Under the pieces are notes generated by a model that made no database searches, was not told the origin of the DNA, and saw nothing but the letters and a program-made list of their open reading frames with translations. A program made the translations under genes and the position numbers. DNA of 64,000 nt, taken from Minisyncoccia bacterium. GTDB taxonomy: Bacteria; Patescibacteriota; Minisyncoccia; Phycocordibacterales; UBA9973. Below are positions 38,116 to 48,067 of the stretch, piece after piece (positions within the stretch are counted from its first letter, which is position 1; each line of letters starts with the position of its first letter). Location of the stretch: contig JBAQFC010000010.1 of NCBI GenBank assembly GCA_049287045.1, forward strand, positions 14,179 to 78,178. Reading direction: 5' to 3'.

Positions 38116-38982
38116 ATGAAAACATTACGTGAATATATCAAAGAAGCTGGTGAAAAGGGAGTTGCCATTGGGCATTTTAATATTTCAAATTTAGAAGCTT
38201 TGCATGGTATTTATAATGCGGCAAAGAAATTAAACCTACCTGTTATTATTGGAGTTTCAGAAGGAGAAGAAAAATTTGCTGGATTGGAGGAAGTATATGC
38301 TTTAGTAAATGAAATTCGTACTCGTGATAGTTACCCGATATTTTTAAATGCAGATCATCATGCGAGTTTTGAATCGGTGAAGAAATGTATTGATGTTGGT
38401 TTTGATATGGTCATCGTTGATGCTGCGAAATTGCCCTTTGATGAAAATGCAAAAGTTACTAAGCAATGTGTAGATTATGCTCGGGAAGTTTCAAAAAATA
38501 CTGGACGGGATATTTTAGTCGAAGCTGAGCTAGGCTTCATTGGTTCAGGATCAATTATTCGAGAAAGTGTACCAGAAGGTGCAGGAATTTTGACAACACC
38601 CGAAGATGCGAAAAAATTTGTAGATGCAACTGGTATTGATTTGTTTGCTCCATCTGTCGGTAGTATTCATGGATTAATCAAAACAGGTAAGCCGCATATC
38701 AATGCAGAGCTTGTTACAGAAATTAAAAAAATAACAGGCATTCCTCTGGTGTTGCATGGTGGTTCAGGTTTACGTGATGAAGATTTTACCAATGCTATCA
38801 AGGCCGGTATTTCAATTGTGCATATTAACAGTGAAATTCGTTTGGCTTTCAGACAAGCTGTCGAGCAATCATTGAAAGATCTTCCAGATGAAATAACTCC
38901 TGCTAAAATTCTTCAACCAGCCGTAGATGCTATCGAGGTAGTAGTGGAAGCTAGATTAAAACTTTTTAATGGTATTCAATAA
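38116..38982 (+). CDS. fba: Fructose-bisphosphate aldolase, class II
   Basis: GHFNISNLE, the NADHH metal-binding region and GSGL are typical of the class II FBA/TBP family. Confidence 0.8.
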   Translation: MKTLREYIKEAGEKGVAIGHFNISNLEALHGIYNAAKKLNLPVIIGVSEGEEKFAGLEEVYALVNEIRTRDSYPIFLNADHHASFESVKKCIDVGFDMVIVDAAKLPFDENAKVTKQCVDYAREVSKNTGRDILVEAELGFIGSGSIIRESVPEGAGILTTPEDAKKFVDATGIDLFAPSVGSIHGLIKTGKPHINAELVTEIKKITGIPLVLHGGSGLRDEDFTNAIKAGISIVHINSEIRLAFRQAVEQSLKDLPDEITPAKILQPAVDAIEVVVEARLKLFNGIQ

Positions 38983-38990
38983 ATATTCTT

Positions 38991-40814
38991 GTGAAAGAAG
39001 ACATAAAAAAATTTTTCAAAGGGGATGTAGAAGATAGTGAAGAAATACTTAAAACGTATTCACATGATGCGAGTATTTTTGAAGTATTTCCAAAAGTTGT
39101 TGTCTTCCCAAAAGATTCGGAAGATGTTCAGAATTTAGTGAAATGGGTTAATCAAAACAGCGGTAGGCAAGACCTACCGCTGTTATCAATCACTGCACGA
39201 TGTGCAGGTACAGATATGTCTGGTGGTGCAATAGGTGAATCTATTATTTTAGATTTCACTAAATACATGAATAAGTTGGTAAGCTGGAATCAACCTCTAA
39301 AAAATTCCTCCGGCTTAACTCTTCCTTTAGTAAATGATGGGACCGTTCAGAATTCTTTAGAAGTTGATTCCTTAACCGTACAACCCGGTATGTTTTACCG
39401 AGATTTTGAAAAAATAACTTTAGAAAAAGGTCTTATTTTACCTTGTTATACTGCATCAAAAAGCTTGAATGCGATGGGTGGAATGTTTGGTAATAATTCG
39501 GCAGGTGAGCGAACTTTGAAATACGGAAAGACAGAAGATTATGTTGTGGAATCAAAAGTTATTTTTGCAGATGGTAACGAGTATTTAGTGAAGCCAATGT
39601 CAAGGCTTAACCTTGACATTAAGATGGCACAAAAAGATTTTGAAGGTGAAATTTATCGAAAACTATATGAACTTATAAAAAGTAATCAAGAAGAAATAAA
39701 TAATGCACGACCAAAAGTCCATAAAAATTCTGCAGGTTATTATCTTTGGAATGTTTTAAATAACCAATCTCTAAAAAATTCCTCCGGCTTAACACTTCCT
39801 TTAGCAAATGATGGGACCGCTCAGAATTTACAACAGACTGAGTATTTTAACCTTAATAAACTCCTTGTAGGCTCTCAGGGTACTCTTGGTATAGCTACAG
39901 AGATTACTTTCAAGCTTGTTAAAAACCCAAAATATTCAAAGCTTGTAGCCGTGTTTATGAACGATTTAGAGCCATTGGGACGACTTGTAGATGAAATATT
40001 AAAAGAAGACCCAGAAACATTGGAGACTTATGATGATAAGACAATGAAACTTGCTGTCAGATTTTTCCCTGATTTTTTGAAAACAAAAGGATTTGTCGGA
40101 ATGATAAAATTTATGTGGAGTTTTATGCCGGAACTAGGGATGATGATCACAGGTGGTTTTCCAAAATTAATTTTATTGGCTGAGTTTGCAGGAGAAAATG
40201 AAGATGAAGTAAATATAAAGTGTCAGAAACTTGTAGAAAGAATTAAAGTTTTTAAAATTAAAACTCATATAACAGGATCTGAAGCAGAAGCAGGAAAATA
40301 CTGGGACATAAGACGTGATAGTTTTAGTCTTTTACGTAAGCACGTATCAGGTAAACGCACAGCGCCATTTATTGATGATATTATTGTTCGCCCAGAATTT
40401 TTACCTAAATTTATTCCAGAACTAAATAAAATATTATCGGAATACGATATTACTTATACTCTTGCTGGTCACGCTGGAGATGGCAATTTTCATATTATTC
40501 CTTTAATGGATTTTAATAGGTCTGATACTATCAAAATAATTTTAGAACTTTCAGAAAAAGTTTATAGTTTAGTCCTGCATTATGAAGGTTCTATTACTGC
40601 AGAACATAATGATGGTCTTATTCGTACAATGTATCTAAAGAAAATGTATGGTGAGAAAATCTATAATTTGTTTGCAGAAGTAAAGAATATATTTGATGTG
40701 AAAAATATATTTAATCCAGGTAAGAAAGTAGCTCTGCCTGACGGGCAAGCTGGTACTAAAGAATATATTTCATCACATCTTGCATTAGAGCATAATGTAA
40801 AACATGGTTCTTAA
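38991..40814 (+). CDS. FAD-linked oxidase (PCMH-type FAD-binding; GlcD/D-lactate-dehydrogenase-like) with two copies of an inserted ~25-aa peptide
   Basis: FAD-binding segments CAGTDMSGGAIGESIILD and GSQGTLGIATEITFKL. The duplicated peptide is LKNSSGLTLPL(V/A)NDGT(V/A)QN, encoded by 60-bp direct repeats at 39295-39354 and 39769-39829. Confidence 0.7.
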   Translation: MKEDIKKFFKGDVEDSEEILKTYSHDASIFEVFPKVVVFPKDSEDVQNLVKWVNQNSGRQDLPLLSITARCAGTDMSGGAIGESIILDFTKYMNKLVSWNQPLKNSSGLTLPLVNDGTVQNSLEVDSLTVQPGMFYRDFEKITLEKGLILPCYTASKSLNAMGGMFGNNSAGERTLKYGKTEDYVVESKVIFADGNEYLVKPMSRLNLDIKMAQKDFEGEIYRKLYELIKSNQEEINNARPKVHKNSAGYYLWNVLNNQSLKNSSGLTLPLANDGTAQNLQQTEYFNLNKLLVGSQGTLGIATEITFKLVKNPKYSKLVAVFMNDLEPLGRLVDEILKEDPETLETYDDKTMKLAVRFFPDFLKTKGFVGMIKFMWSFMPELGMMITGGFPKLILLAEFAGENEDEVNIKCQKLVERIKVFKIKTHITGSEAEAGKYWDIRRDSFSLLRKHVSGKRTAPFIDDIIVRPEFLPKFIPELNKILSEYDITYTLAGHAGDGNFHIIPLMDFNRSDTIKIILELSEKVYSLVLHYEGSITAEHNDGLIRTMYLKKMYGEKIYNLFAEVKNIFDVKNIFNPGKKVALPDGQAGTKEYISSHLALEHNVKHGS

Positions 40815-40822
40815 AATGTAAC

Positions 40823-42181
40823 TTATTGAATCTTTTCTATTTTATTTCCACCCGAAGAGTCTTTGATCTCATAGCCGAGAGATTTTATTTTATCTCGAAG
40901 CTCATCACTTTTTTTAAAGTCTTTGTTTGTACGTGCTTCTTCGCGTTCTTTTACAAGTTCGGTTATTTCGTCTGGAATAACTTCTTCTTTTATTTTATCA
41001 AAACCTAGTCCTAAAACTTTATCAAATTCAAGAACAGTTGCACGTTTATCAGCATTACTCATAAACTCATCTTTAAATACATCCCACAGAAGTGAAAGAG
41101 CTCTGGGTGTGTCTAGGTCATCTGCTAAATAATTTTTGAATTTTTGGTTTAACTCACCGTTTACTTTTCCAGTATCTTCGCCTAAATCTTTATAGAGTCT
41201 ATACAGGCGTTTCAAGGCTATTTCAGAGCCCTCCAAGGCCTCCCAGACGAAGTTTACTCTGGTTCGGTAATTTGCCATTAAAAGCCAAAATCTATAAGAA
41301 ATTGGATTGATTCCTTTCTCTATTAGATCACGCAAAGTAAAGAAGTTCTTGGCAGATTTTGACATCTTTTTTTGATCAACCAAAACCCACTCGTTGTGCA
41401 TCCAATATTTTACAAATTGTTTTCCTGTTGCTCCTTCGGATTGAGCAATTTCGTTTTCATGGTGAGGAAACATATTATCAACTCCACCTGTGTGAATGTC
41501 TATTTGTTCTCCCAAGTTTGACATAGACATAGCTGAACATTCTATATGCCAGCCAGGTCGTCCTTTTCCGAGTTCAGTCTCCCAAAAAACATCGCCATCT
41601 TTTTCATCCCACATTTTCCAAAGAGCGAAGTCTTGGATGTTGTCTTTATCATATTCGTCACTTGTTATTCTTCCTGCAGCGTTCTCTTTTTGTTCTTCTA
41701 TTACAAGATGAGAAAGTTTTCCATAATTTTTAAATTTCTTTATATTAAAATAAATACTACCATCCGTACTCTTGTAAGCAAGACCTTTTTCAAGTAATTT
41801 CTTTATAAGACTAATCATCTCGTCTATATAGTCTGTAGCTTTTATTAGTTTTGTTGGACTTAAAATATTTAGAGATTTTGTATCTTTTATAAATTCCTCA
41901 GTATAAAACTCAGTGAAATCTTTTAGTGATTTTCCTTCTTTTTGTGAATCACGAATAGTTTTATCATCAATATCAGTGACATTCATGATTGATTTTACAT
42001 TAAATCCTTCACAAGTGAGGACTCTTTTTAAGATATCAGCAAAAATATAAGCTCGATAGTTTCCTATATGGGGATAATTGTATACAGTTGGACCACAAGT
42101 ATACATAGTAACCTCGTTTGGGTTAATAGGTAAAAATTCTTCCTTTTCTCGAGTTAATGTGTTGAAAAATTTTAAAGCCAT
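40823..42181 (-). CDS. cysS: Cysteine--tRNA ligase
   Basis: HIGN-type signature YTCGPTVYNYPHIGNYR and KMSKS. Confidence 0.9.
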   Translation of the reverse strand: MALKFFNTLTREKEEFLPINPNEVTMYTCGPTVYNYPHIGNYRAYIFADILKRVLTCEGFNVKSIMNVTDIDDKTIRDSQKEGKSLKDFTEFYTEEFIKDTKSLNILSPTKLIKATDYIDEMISLIKKLLEKGLAYKSTDGSIYFNIKKFKNYGKLSHLVIEEQKENAAGRITSDEYDKDNIQDFALWKMWDEKDGDVFWETELGKGRPGWHIECSAMSMSNLGEQIDIHTGGVDNMFPHHENEIAQSEGATGKQFVKYWMHNEWVLVDQKKMSKSAKNFFTLRDLIEKGINPISYRFWLLMANYRTRVNFVWEALEGSEIALKRLYRLYKDLGEDTGKVNGELNQKFKNYLADDLDTPRALSLLWDVFKDEFMSNADKRATVLEFDKVLGLGFDKIKEEVIPDEITELVKEREEARTNKDFKKSDELRDKIKSLGYEIKDSSGGNKIEKIQ

Positions 42182-43083
42182 TTTTTTAATTTAAAGAAAA
42201 TGAAGGTAGCAATGCTTGTCAAAAACATTCCACCTAATATCATATAAAATTCAACAAAAGTTCTTATAAGAGGGAATTCCGTGTTCATCATAAAAATACT
42301 TGCGAGTAATGTTGCTGGTGCAATGATGAAAGTCATTATAGTGAGTATTCTCATTGTCTCATTTGTTTTAGATGAAAGTAGTGAATCGTTTGTCTCACGT
42401 AAGTCTGTCAAAACATCTTTTTCATTATCCAAAATATTTTTTATTTTATTGTATTCACTGATGATAGATTCAAGATAAAAAGCGAATTCTGGGTCAAAAA
42501 ATTTTTTACCAACTGACTCGAAAGATTTTAGAGTCTCATAATGGAAACGTAATGATTGTCTATAACTAAGAAGATGTCTATTTAAATTTGAAATTGTTTT
42601 TACTGTTTCTTTTTCTCTACCTTCAAATATGTTGTGTTCTATTTTCTTTAGATCAGGATTAATAGTGTCGAGCTCAGTTATCACATTTTTGTAAAGTTGT
42701 TTAATTACGCTGTAAAAGAGATGCCCAGCATGATTGCCTACATTGTGTTTATCAAGTAAAGCATCCATTTCGAATTTTTTGGAAAATTCATGCAACGGGT
42801 TTATTAATTCATAATGTATTGTTATTAAAAAATTCTTTCCAATAACGAAGTCTATTTCTTGTTCAGTTTTGTAATTTTTAAGATGGCGATTGACCGGGAA
42901 ATGAAGAACTAGAAAGATTAAATCCTTATAAAGGTCTACTTTTGACCGAACTGTCTCAGAAATGAACTCTTCAGCCATTAATGTAGGAAGAGAGAATTCT
43001 TCTACTAAGTGTGAAACTTCTTCTGGTGTAGGAGACTGTAAATCAACCCAAGTAATATTATTAAAACTATATTTTGAAATCAT
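42172..43083 (-). CDS. CorA-like divalent cation transporter
   Basis: Two C-terminal TM helices with MMNTEF, a variant of GMN, and a long cytoplasmic N-terminal domain. Confidence 0.55.
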   Translation of the reverse strand: MISKYSFNNITWVDLQSPTPEEVSHLVEEFSLPTLMAEEFISETVRSKVDLYKDLIFLVLHFPVNRHLKNYKTEQEIDFVIGKNFLITIHYELINPLHEFSKKFEMDALLDKHNVGNHAGHLFYSVIKQLYKNVITELDTINPDLKKIEHNIFEGREKETVKTISNLNRHLLSYRQSLRFHYETLKSFESVGKKFFDPEFAFYLESIISEYNKIKNILDNEKDVLTDLRETNDSLLSSKTNETMRILTIMTFIIAPATLLASIFMMNTEFPLIRTFVEFYMILGGMFLTSIATFIFFKLKKWL

Positions 43084-43143
43084 ATAAATAGATTATAGCA
43101 AAGATGCTTGCATTTTTACAAGGTTTCGTATAATATAGAACTT

Positions 43144-43461
43144 ATGGAATTTGCAGTTATACAAACAGGCGGAAAACAATACAAAGTCTCAACAGGAGAT
43201 CTTTTTTCTACTGAGAAAATAAAGGGCGAATATAAGAAAGGGGACAAAGTTTCTTTTGATAAAGTTCTTTTAGTTGATGACGGAAAAGATACAACTATTG
43301 GTACTCCTTATATCACTGGTGCGAAAGTTGATGCTGAACTTATCGAAATCGGCCGCACACGAAAAGTTATGGTTATCAAGTACAAACAAAAGTCCCGCTA
43401 CCTACGCCGAAATGGACACAGACAGCCTTATTTCAAATTTAAAATACTTTCTATAAGCTAA
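43144..43461 (+). CDS. rplU: 50S ribosomal protein L21 (bL21)
   Basis: MEFAVIQTGGKQYKV..GD is the canonical bL21 N-terminus. Terminator at 43463-43495. Confidence 0.85.
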   Translation: MEFAVIQTGGKQYKVSTGDLFSTEKIKGEYKKGDKVSFDKVLLVDDGKDTTIGTPYITGAKVDAELIEIGRTRKVMVIKYKQKSRYLRRNGHRQPYFKFKILSIS

Positions 43462-43462
43462 A

Positions 43463-43495
43463 CAAAAAAAATCCACCTATACGGTGGATTTTTTT
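43463..43495 (+). terminator. Intrinsic terminator of rplU
   Basis: aaaaaaaatccacctatacggtggatttttttg. Confidence 0.6.
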
Positions 43496-43674
43496 GTTTG
43501 CTTTATATTTATTTCTAAGTTATATTAAATATAATTGTTCTTTATCTAGACCTTGTCCGCATCGCACGAGTCATCCGTGGGTTTTTAAAAGAGCAACACC
43601 TCACTTGAAATATAGTGAGGTTTTTTTATTTAAATTTTTAACCTCGATTTTTCAATGCGTTTTTTAGTGTTTCA

Positions 43675-44400
43675 TTGTAACTACATAGGAGTTTCCTATG
43701 TACACAGGAAACTCCTATGTATTCTCTTTTTCATTAAAATTCAGCCATTCAAATAATTCCTTTTTATGATCATCAGGTTTTTTAAAATAAGAAGGAAACT
43801 GTAACGGATTTAGTATTTTAAATTTATTCTCACTATATTCTTTTATACTTGAATATGGATATTCAAAAATATATTTTAATAATTCGGAAATTGATTTAGT
43901 TCTTTTTTCTTTCCAATTTTTATCTATAAGTTTTGCAGGATTTAAATGTATGTATGAATATATGTATTTTAAATAATTGTCTGTATTAATGTGAGTTGAT
44001 TTATATACACCTTCGTATAATTTTCCAGTTCGAGTATATTTTTTATTGAAATACATAGAATATCCCGTAAGTAATTTACGCATATATGTAGAAATACCAC
44101 TTTCTATTTTTTCGCGTACAAGTATGTGAAAATGATTTGGCATAAGACAAAAGGCACCAATATCAACAATTGTTTCTTTTCGATCAAAAAATTCACCAAC
44201 ATTTCTTAAAGCTATACTTTTTTCAGTGTTGCAAATATACATTAAGAATAAAAAATGTTGATAATCTTGTTTATCTAAAAAGATTAGTCTTTTTTCTGTG
44301 CCACGATTATATAAATGATAATACTCATCAATAGCAAAAGACTGTTTTCGTAAAGCCATAGTTTAAGTATAACATACATAGGAGACTCCTATGTATTGAC
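43675..44400 (-). mobile_element. IS200/IS605-family-like element (tnpA only) with subterminal palindromic hairpins at both ends
   Basis: Left end ctacataggagtttcctatgtacacaggaaactcctatgta, right end acatacataggagactcctatgtat. These flank a HUH Y1 transposase gene. Confidence 0.55.
43715..44359 (-). CDS. tnpA: HUH-motif Y1 tyrosine transposase (IS200-like / RAYT-like)
   Basis: YHLYNRG near the N-terminus, HUH motif FCLMPNHFHILV, and Tyr-containing YIYSYIHLNPAK. Confidence 0.6.
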   Translation of the reverse strand: MALRKQSFAIDEYYHLYNRGTEKRLIFLDKQDYQHFLFLMYICNTEKSIALRNVGEFFDRKETIVDIGAFCLMPNHFHILVREKIESGISTYMRKLLTGYSMYFNKKYTRTGKLYEGVYKSTHINTDNYLKYIYSYIHLNPAKLIDKNWKEKRTKSISELLKYIFEYPYSSIKEYSENKFKILNPLQFPSYFKKPDDHKKELFEWLNFNEKENT

Positions 44401-44521
44401 AAATATACATAAATATGATAAACTTTGTTTAGTTCTTTCTGTACAGAAAGATTGCCATGTGGCTCCAGAGTAGTCTTTATTCTCTGTAATATATAAAGAG
44501 TTCTTTAAATAACATCGTACG

Positions 44522-44860
44522 ATGAAAAACACAATTCAAATTTTAAGTGGTCCTTCAAGAGAAGAACTATTTGATGGTTTACGTCTTTTTTTTGAAAAGA
44601 GAACTGTAAATTTTACTGTAGAAAATGATAATGGAAGATCTAAAAGAGGTTTACCAACTATTATTCAATGTATTGAACCAGAAGATGGAAGTGGAGATTC
44701 TTGGAATATTAGATTTAATATTCCAACTGAGGATTTATTACGTCTTGATTATAGTTTTTTTCCTGATAATTTTTATGACTCTCATGTAAACAAAAAAATG
44801 GTAGGTGTAAAAGCTTATTATTCAACAAAAAGTAGAGTAGGAACAATAACTATTGAATAA
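44522..44860 (+). CDS. Hypothetical protein (112 aa) carried next to the IS200-like element
   Basis: ORF with a downstream terminator (44881-44905). No recognisable domain. Confidence 0.35.
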   Translation: MKNTIQILSGPSREELFDGLRLFFEKRTVNFTVENDNGRSKRGLPTIIQCIEPEDGSGDSWNIRFNIPTEDLLRLDYSFFPDNFYDSHVNKKMVGVKAYYSTKSRVGTITIE

Positions 44861-44917
44861 AGTTTCTAATCATCCAAAAAGACCCTCACAAATGTGGGGG
44901 CTTTTTTATTTAAATTT

Positions 44918-45535
44918 TTAACTTCTATTTTTTAAAGCATTCTTTAGAGTTTCATTATCAGAGTATTCAAGTTCTGTACCGGTGGAAAGACCACGACCTA
45001 AGGATGAAATTTTTATTGATAGGGAATCTGTAATATCTTTTAATTGTTCTCTTACGTAATAATCAGTATGGTCTCCTTGGGGACTTAAAGAAAAGGCGAG
45101 TATTACTTCCTTTAGACCTTTATTGGTATTCTCTTTAATTTTTTCTATAAGCTCATTTATTCGTATTCTAGTTTTAGTATTTTTTTCAACGATCGGTACA
45201 AGTCCACCCAAGACAAAATATTTTCCGTGATAGGTACGACTTTTTTTTATACTTTCCAAATCAGAATCTTTTTCAACTATCATCAGGGTTGAGATGTCTG
45301 TCGAAGAGTCACTACAGATATCACAGAGCTTGTCTTTATTTGAGTTAAAAATATAAAATCTAAAACATTCTTTACATTGAGAGACTTCTCTTTTTAATTC
45401 AGTAATCAAACTAGATAAATTATCTGTGTAGCTTGTACTACGAGACATAAGAAAATAAACAAAACGTTTCGCTTGTCTTTCACCGATACCAGGGAATTCC
45501 TTAAAATATTCTGTTAATTTTTCTATTGGATCCAT
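44918..45535 (-). CDS. recR: Recombination protein RecR
   Basis: HhH N-terminus, C4 zinc finger CKECFRF...CDICSD, and a Toprim domain. Confidence 0.85.
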   Translation of the reverse strand: MDPIEKLTEYFKEFPGIGERQAKRFVYFLMSRSTSYTDNLSSLITELKREVSQCKECFRFYIFNSNKDKLCDICSDSSTDISTLMIVEKDSDLESIKKSRTYHGKYFVLGGLVPIVEKNTKTRIRINELIEKIKENTNKGLKEVILAFSLSPQGDHTDYYVREQLKDITDSLSIKISSLGRGLSTGTELEYSDNETLKNALKNRS

Positions 45536-45543
45536 TGTGTATA

Positions 45544-46935
45544 TTAAAACTCACTCAAACTATTTCCATTTTTAGGTGGAGAGAATTCACTCATGTCGCT
45601 TCTTTCAAGGTTTAGGAACGTTGTAGTTTTTTCATCGAAATAAAGATCTACTTTTCCGACTGGACCATTTCTGTGTTTTTCAATCAATATTTCTGCTATG
45701 TTTGTCTTTTCAGATTCTTCTTTACCTCGGTCTTCGCGGTGAATAAACATAACGACATCTGCATCTTGTTCGATAGATCCTGAGTCACGAAGGTCTGAAA
45801 GTCTTGGTTTTCCTCCTCTGGATTCTACGGCACGAGAAAGCTGAGAAAGAGCTAATACAGGCACATTAAGCTCTTTTGCCAACGCCTTGAGAGATCTAGA
45901 AATTTCAGTAACTTGATTGACCATTGAATCATGATTTTTGGAAGTAGTCATAAGCTGCAAGTAATCCACAACAATAAGATCCAAACCTTTTTCGGCTTTG
46001 ATTCTTCGAGCGAGTGATTTCATTCTGACAATAGAGTTACCAGCTTGATCATCGATATACATTTTTGCTTTTGAAAGTTTGTCTAAAGAATCACGTAGTT
46101 GTGCAAAATCTTTATCGGAAGATAAATTTCCAGTACGCAAATTCCATGCATTCACTCTTGATTGAGCGGAAAGCATTCTATCAACTAATTGTTGAGAGGA
46201 CATTTCTAGAGAAAATATCAAAATAGATTTTTCATGATTTACTGCTGCTAGACGTGCGATATCCAAAGCTAGTGTAGTCTTACCCATAGAAGGCCGAGCA
46301 GCAAGAATTATTAAATCTTGATTTTGAAGACCAGAAAGAAGACCATCTAAATCTCTAAAGCCTGTAGGCAGTCCACGAAGCATACCTTTTGTCTCATGTA
46401 ATTTTTCTAATCTTTCATAAGCTTCTGGTAACTCATCTTTCAAACTAACAAATTTTTGACTTTTTGGAGAAGAAACAACACTAAACATTCTTTTTTCTGC
46501 CATGTCTAAAATATCATCCATGTGGTCGTCGCCTTCTTCAAAAGCAAGTTCAGAAACATAATCAGCAGCTTCAATCAGACTTCTTAAGACAAATTTTTTT
46601 TGAACTATATCGGCATAATGTTTTGCGTTTGTAGAAGAGGGAACTGTATTTACTATATCAGCTAGATATTGATTGCCTCCGATATTGTCAATTAATTTTT
46701 GTTCACCTAATTTTGTAGAAAGTGAAAGCATGTCTATCGGTTCATTTTTTGAAGATAGATCGAGCATCGCATTAAAAATAATTTTATGTTTTTCAGCGTA
46801 AAAAGAATCCGGATTAATCGTGTCTTCTATTTCATGCATTGCTTCTTTGCGGAGCATAATAGAACCGAGAACTGCTTTTTCAGACTCGATATGTTGTGGT
46901 GGAATGCGTATTTCATTTTTTCTTGTTTTTATCAT
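45544..46935 (-). CDS. dnaB: Replicative DNA helicase DnaB
   Basis: N-terminal DnaB domain PQHIESEKAVLGSIM, Walker A ARPSMGKTTLAL, and a RecA-like C-terminal domain. Confidence 0.9.
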   Translation of the reverse strand: MIKTRKNEIRIPPQHIESEKAVLGSIMLRKEAMHEIEDTINPDSFYAEKHKIIFNAMLDLSSKNEPIDMLSLSTKLGEQKLIDNIGGNQYLADIVNTVPSSTNAKHYADIVQKKFVLRSLIEAADYVSELAFEEGDDHMDDILDMAEKRMFSVVSSPKSQKFVSLKDELPEAYERLEKLHETKGMLRGLPTGFRDLDGLLSGLQNQDLIILAARPSMGKTTLALDIARLAAVNHEKSILIFSLEMSSQQLVDRMLSAQSRVNAWNLRTGNLSSDKDFAQLRDSLDKLSKAKMYIDDQAGNSIVRMKSLARRIKAEKGLDLIVVDYLQLMTTSKNHDSMVNQVTEISRSLKALAKELNVPVLALSQLSRAVESRGGKPRLSDLRDSGSIEQDADVVMFIHREDRGKEESEKTNIAEILIEKHRNGPVGKVDLYFDEKTTTFLNLERSDMSEFSPPKNGNSLSEF

Positions 46936-47051
46936 TAGGGCTATTCTAACACGCCCGAGAAATAGTGAAAGTATGAAAAGTGGGCAAACATGTTATTAAA
47001 ATGGGGACAAATATTTGGGACTAATAATTGGGAATATGATAATATATAAAG

Positions 47052-48062
47052 ATGAAAAAAGAGGATATAAAGATAGTTTTAACAGGCGATAGACCAACAG
47101 GTAAGCTTCATTTAGGGCATTTTGTTGGATCTATACAAAATAGACTTAAACTTCAGGACGAAGCGTTTAAATCTTTTTATATGGTGGCAGATATGCAGGC
47201 ATTTACCGATAATGCAGATAATCCAGAAAAAATAAGAATAAACACCTTGGAAGTAGCCTTAGATAACCTAGCTTGTGGACTTGATCCAAAAAAGACCACG
47301 ATGTTTGTACAGTCACAGATACCAGAAATATCTGAATTAGCTATTTTATTTCTAAACTTAGTAAGTTTGGCTCGATTAAAAAGAAACCCAACAGTAAAAG
47401 CAGAAATGCAACAAAAAGGTTTCGGTGAAGATGTGCCAGCTGGATTTTTAGTTTATCCAATATCACAAGCCGCAGATATTCTTTTTGCAAAAGCAAATAT
47501 GATTCCTGTGGGCGAAGATCAGAAGCCTGTGATAGAGCAAGTAAATGAAATAGTGGATACTTTCAACCGTCTCTATGGGGATACATTTAATCATGTGTCA
47601 TGTTTGATTGGAGACACACCAAGGCTTGTTGGAACAGATGGTAATGCAAAAATGTCTAAGTCTTTGAATAATGGAATTTATCTTTCTGACTCTGATGAAG
47701 TGATAGAAAAAAAAGTAATGGAAATGTACACAGACCCGAATCATATTCATGTGCAGGATCCAGGCAAGGTAGAAGGTAATGTTGTATTTATGTATCTTGA
47801 TATTTTTGATGAAGACAAAAAAGCTGTCGCAGAATTAAAAAAAGAATATGAAAAAGGTGGACTTGGTGATGTAAAGATTAAAAAACATTTAGCAAAAGTT
47901 TTATCTAGTTTAATAACTCCTATTAGAGAAAGAAGGGAGAAGCTCGCAGAAAATCCTAAAGTTGTAATGGAAATTCTAGAAGAAGGTACAAAGAAGGCCC
48001 GTGAGGAAGCAGTTAAGACTCTAAATGAAGTTCGTCGTGCGATGAAGATAGATTTCTTCTAA
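47052..48062 (+). CDS. trpS: Tryptophan--tRNA ligase
   Basis: HIGH-type signature TGDRPTGKLHLGHFVG and KMSKS. 336 aa. Confidence 0.9.
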   Translation: MKKEDIKIVLTGDRPTGKLHLGHFVGSIQNRLKLQDEAFKSFYMVADMQAFTDNADNPEKIRINTLEVALDNLACGLDPKKTTMFVQSQIPEISELAILFLNLVSLARLKRNPTVKAEMQQKGFGEDVPAGFLVYPISQAADILFAKANMIPVGEDQKPVIEQVNEIVDTFNRLYGDTFNHVSCLIGDTPRLVGTDGNAKMSKSLNNGIYLSDSDEVIEKKVMEMYTDPNHIHVQDPGKVEGNVVFMYLDIFDEDKKAVAELKKEYEKGGLGDVKIKKHLAKVLSSLITPIRERREKLAENPKVVMEILEEGTKKAREEAVKTLNEVRRAMKIDFF

Positions 48063-48067
48063 AGAAT

